Source: Leucoraja ocellata
Lineage: Eukaryota
Assembly (NCBI GenBank): GCA_036785375.1
Contig: JAWMAR010000033.1
Coordinates: 3,286,001 to 3,350,000 of the forward strand
Length of the DNA: 64,000 nt
Direction: 5' to 3'
Notes under the pieces: model-generated
The model's input: the letters and a program-made list of their open reading frames with translations, nothing else
Databases searched by the model: none
What the model was told of the DNA's origin: nothing
Position numbers and translations under genes: made by a program
Part shown: positions 62,743 to 64,000 of the stretch, piece by piece
How the letters are laid out: each line of letters starts with the position of its first letter
Position numbering within the stretch: the stretch's first letter is position 1

Positions 62743-63355
62743 AATAGACAATAAACAATAGACAATAGGTGCAGGAGTAGGCCATCTGGCCCTTCGAGCC
62801 AGCACAGTCATTCAGCGTGATCATGGCTGATCATCCCCAATCAGTACCCCATTCTTGCCTTCTCCCCATTTCCCCTGACTCCGCTATCTTTAAGAACCCT
62901 ATCGAGCTCTCTCTTGAAAGCATCCAGAGAACCGGCCTCCACCGCCCCCTGAGGCAGAGTCACAATTCTCTGTGAGAAAAAGTGTTTCCTCGTCTCCGTT
63001 CTAAATGACTTACCCCTTATTCTTAAACTGTGGCCCCTGGTTCTGGACTCACCCAACATCGGGAACATGTTTCCTGCCTCTAGCGTGTCCAAACCATTAA
63101 CAATCTTTTATGTTTCAATAAGATTCCCTCTCATCCTTCTAAACTCCAGAGTGTATAAGCCCAGCCGCCCCATTCCCTCAGCATATGACAGACCCGCCAT
63201 CCCGGGAATTAACCTACGCTGCACTCCCTCAATAGCAAGAATGTCCTTCCTCAAATGAGGGGACCAAAACTGCACACAATACTACAGGTGTGGTCTCACT
63301 AGGTCTCTGTACAACTGCAGAAGGGCCTCTTTGCTCCTATACTCGACTCTTGTTA
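62743..63355 (-). mobile_element. Young 5'-truncated CR1 LINE (same subfamily as 27450-28043)
   Basis: (aatagac)n tail; ORF 62841-63092 EAGNMFPMLGESRTRGHSLRIRG. Closely similar to the 27450 copy in opposite orientation. Confidence 0.9.
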
Positions 63356-63398
63356 TGGACCAGTTAGTCTAACATCAGTAGTGGGGAAAATGCTAGAT

Positions 63399-63430
<32 letters not shown>

Positions 63431-63509
63431 GGGAAACGAGAGATATAGACGCTGATGTAGAGAGATGATTCAACGACCTTCCTGAGAGTCTTCCAAACAT
63501 GTAAACCAG

Positions 63510-63990
63510 TCTTCAGCCAACCCCAAGTGATAGCAATAAAACGTGTGGCAGCACTCAATATGGCAAAGGCTATGGGACTAAATGGTATCCCAGCCCAGTA
63601 ATGAATATGTGAGCTCCAGTATTGGCCATGCCTCTTCACAGCCTGGACCCACATATGGATGATAGAACTAAATTGCAGTCAGGAGGTGAGGCTGGCTGCT
63701 GTCGACCTGAAAAGCAGCTTTTGATTGAGTGTGGCATTGGACAACACCAATAAAACTAAAGTCAGTGTGTATCAAGGGGAAAGCACTTTAGTGGTTGGAG
63801 TCATACCTCGTATAAGAAGGAAGGTTGTGCCCATTGGAGGTCAATCATCCCAGGCCTTTAGTGTGAGTTCCTCAGGACACTGATCTTGACACATCCATCT
63901 TCAGCTGCTTCATTAACAATTTCATAAAGGGTGCGGACGTTCGCTGATGATTGAACACTGCTCAATGTCATCGTCCTTCCTCCGTAACTA
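63510..63990 (+). mobile_element. Old CR1-group RT fragment
   Basis: aaaggctatggga (KAMG), gtcgacctgaaaagcagcttttga (DxxxAFD), gttcctcagg (VPQ), cttcagctgcttcattaac and ttcgctgatgat (FADD). Confidence 0.7.
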
Positions 63991-64000
63991 GAGCAACTAT

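Overview
AT-rich, repeat-dense eukaryotic DNA. The repeat content (HE1/V-SINE-type SINEs, HER1/CR1 LINEs, Penelope-like termini) points to a cartilaginous fish, probably a skate or ray; this is an inference. The only host coding sequence I can support is two + strand exons of a PEBP-family gene, most like PEBP4. They lie at 1065-1163 (99 bp, [33 protein letters not shown]) and 61894-61939 (46 bp, GRELQLGEVRGTVLT+G), joined in phase across a ~60.7-kb GT-AG intron. Neither exon is in the supplied ORF track. The intron holds CR1, RTE and Rex1/Babar LINE fragments, V-SINEs, a Penelope-like element (PLE) with GIY-YIG remnant, an internally deleted Gypsy element with a tRNA-Trp PBS, a probable solo LTR, Tc1/mariner and Harbinger-type MITEs, and Helitron-like repeats. 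The most unusual signal is a set of tiny PLE-derived insertions, each with its own 10-14-bp target-site duplication (TSD). Two are ~100-bp units made almost entirely of a minimal hammerhead-like motif plus tail. Two are fold-back hairpins, one a perfect 73-bp-arm palindrome that turns inside the hammerhead stem II region. Repeat boundaries are read by eye and approximate unless TSDs or terminal inverted repeats (TIRs) are quoted. No database searches were run.
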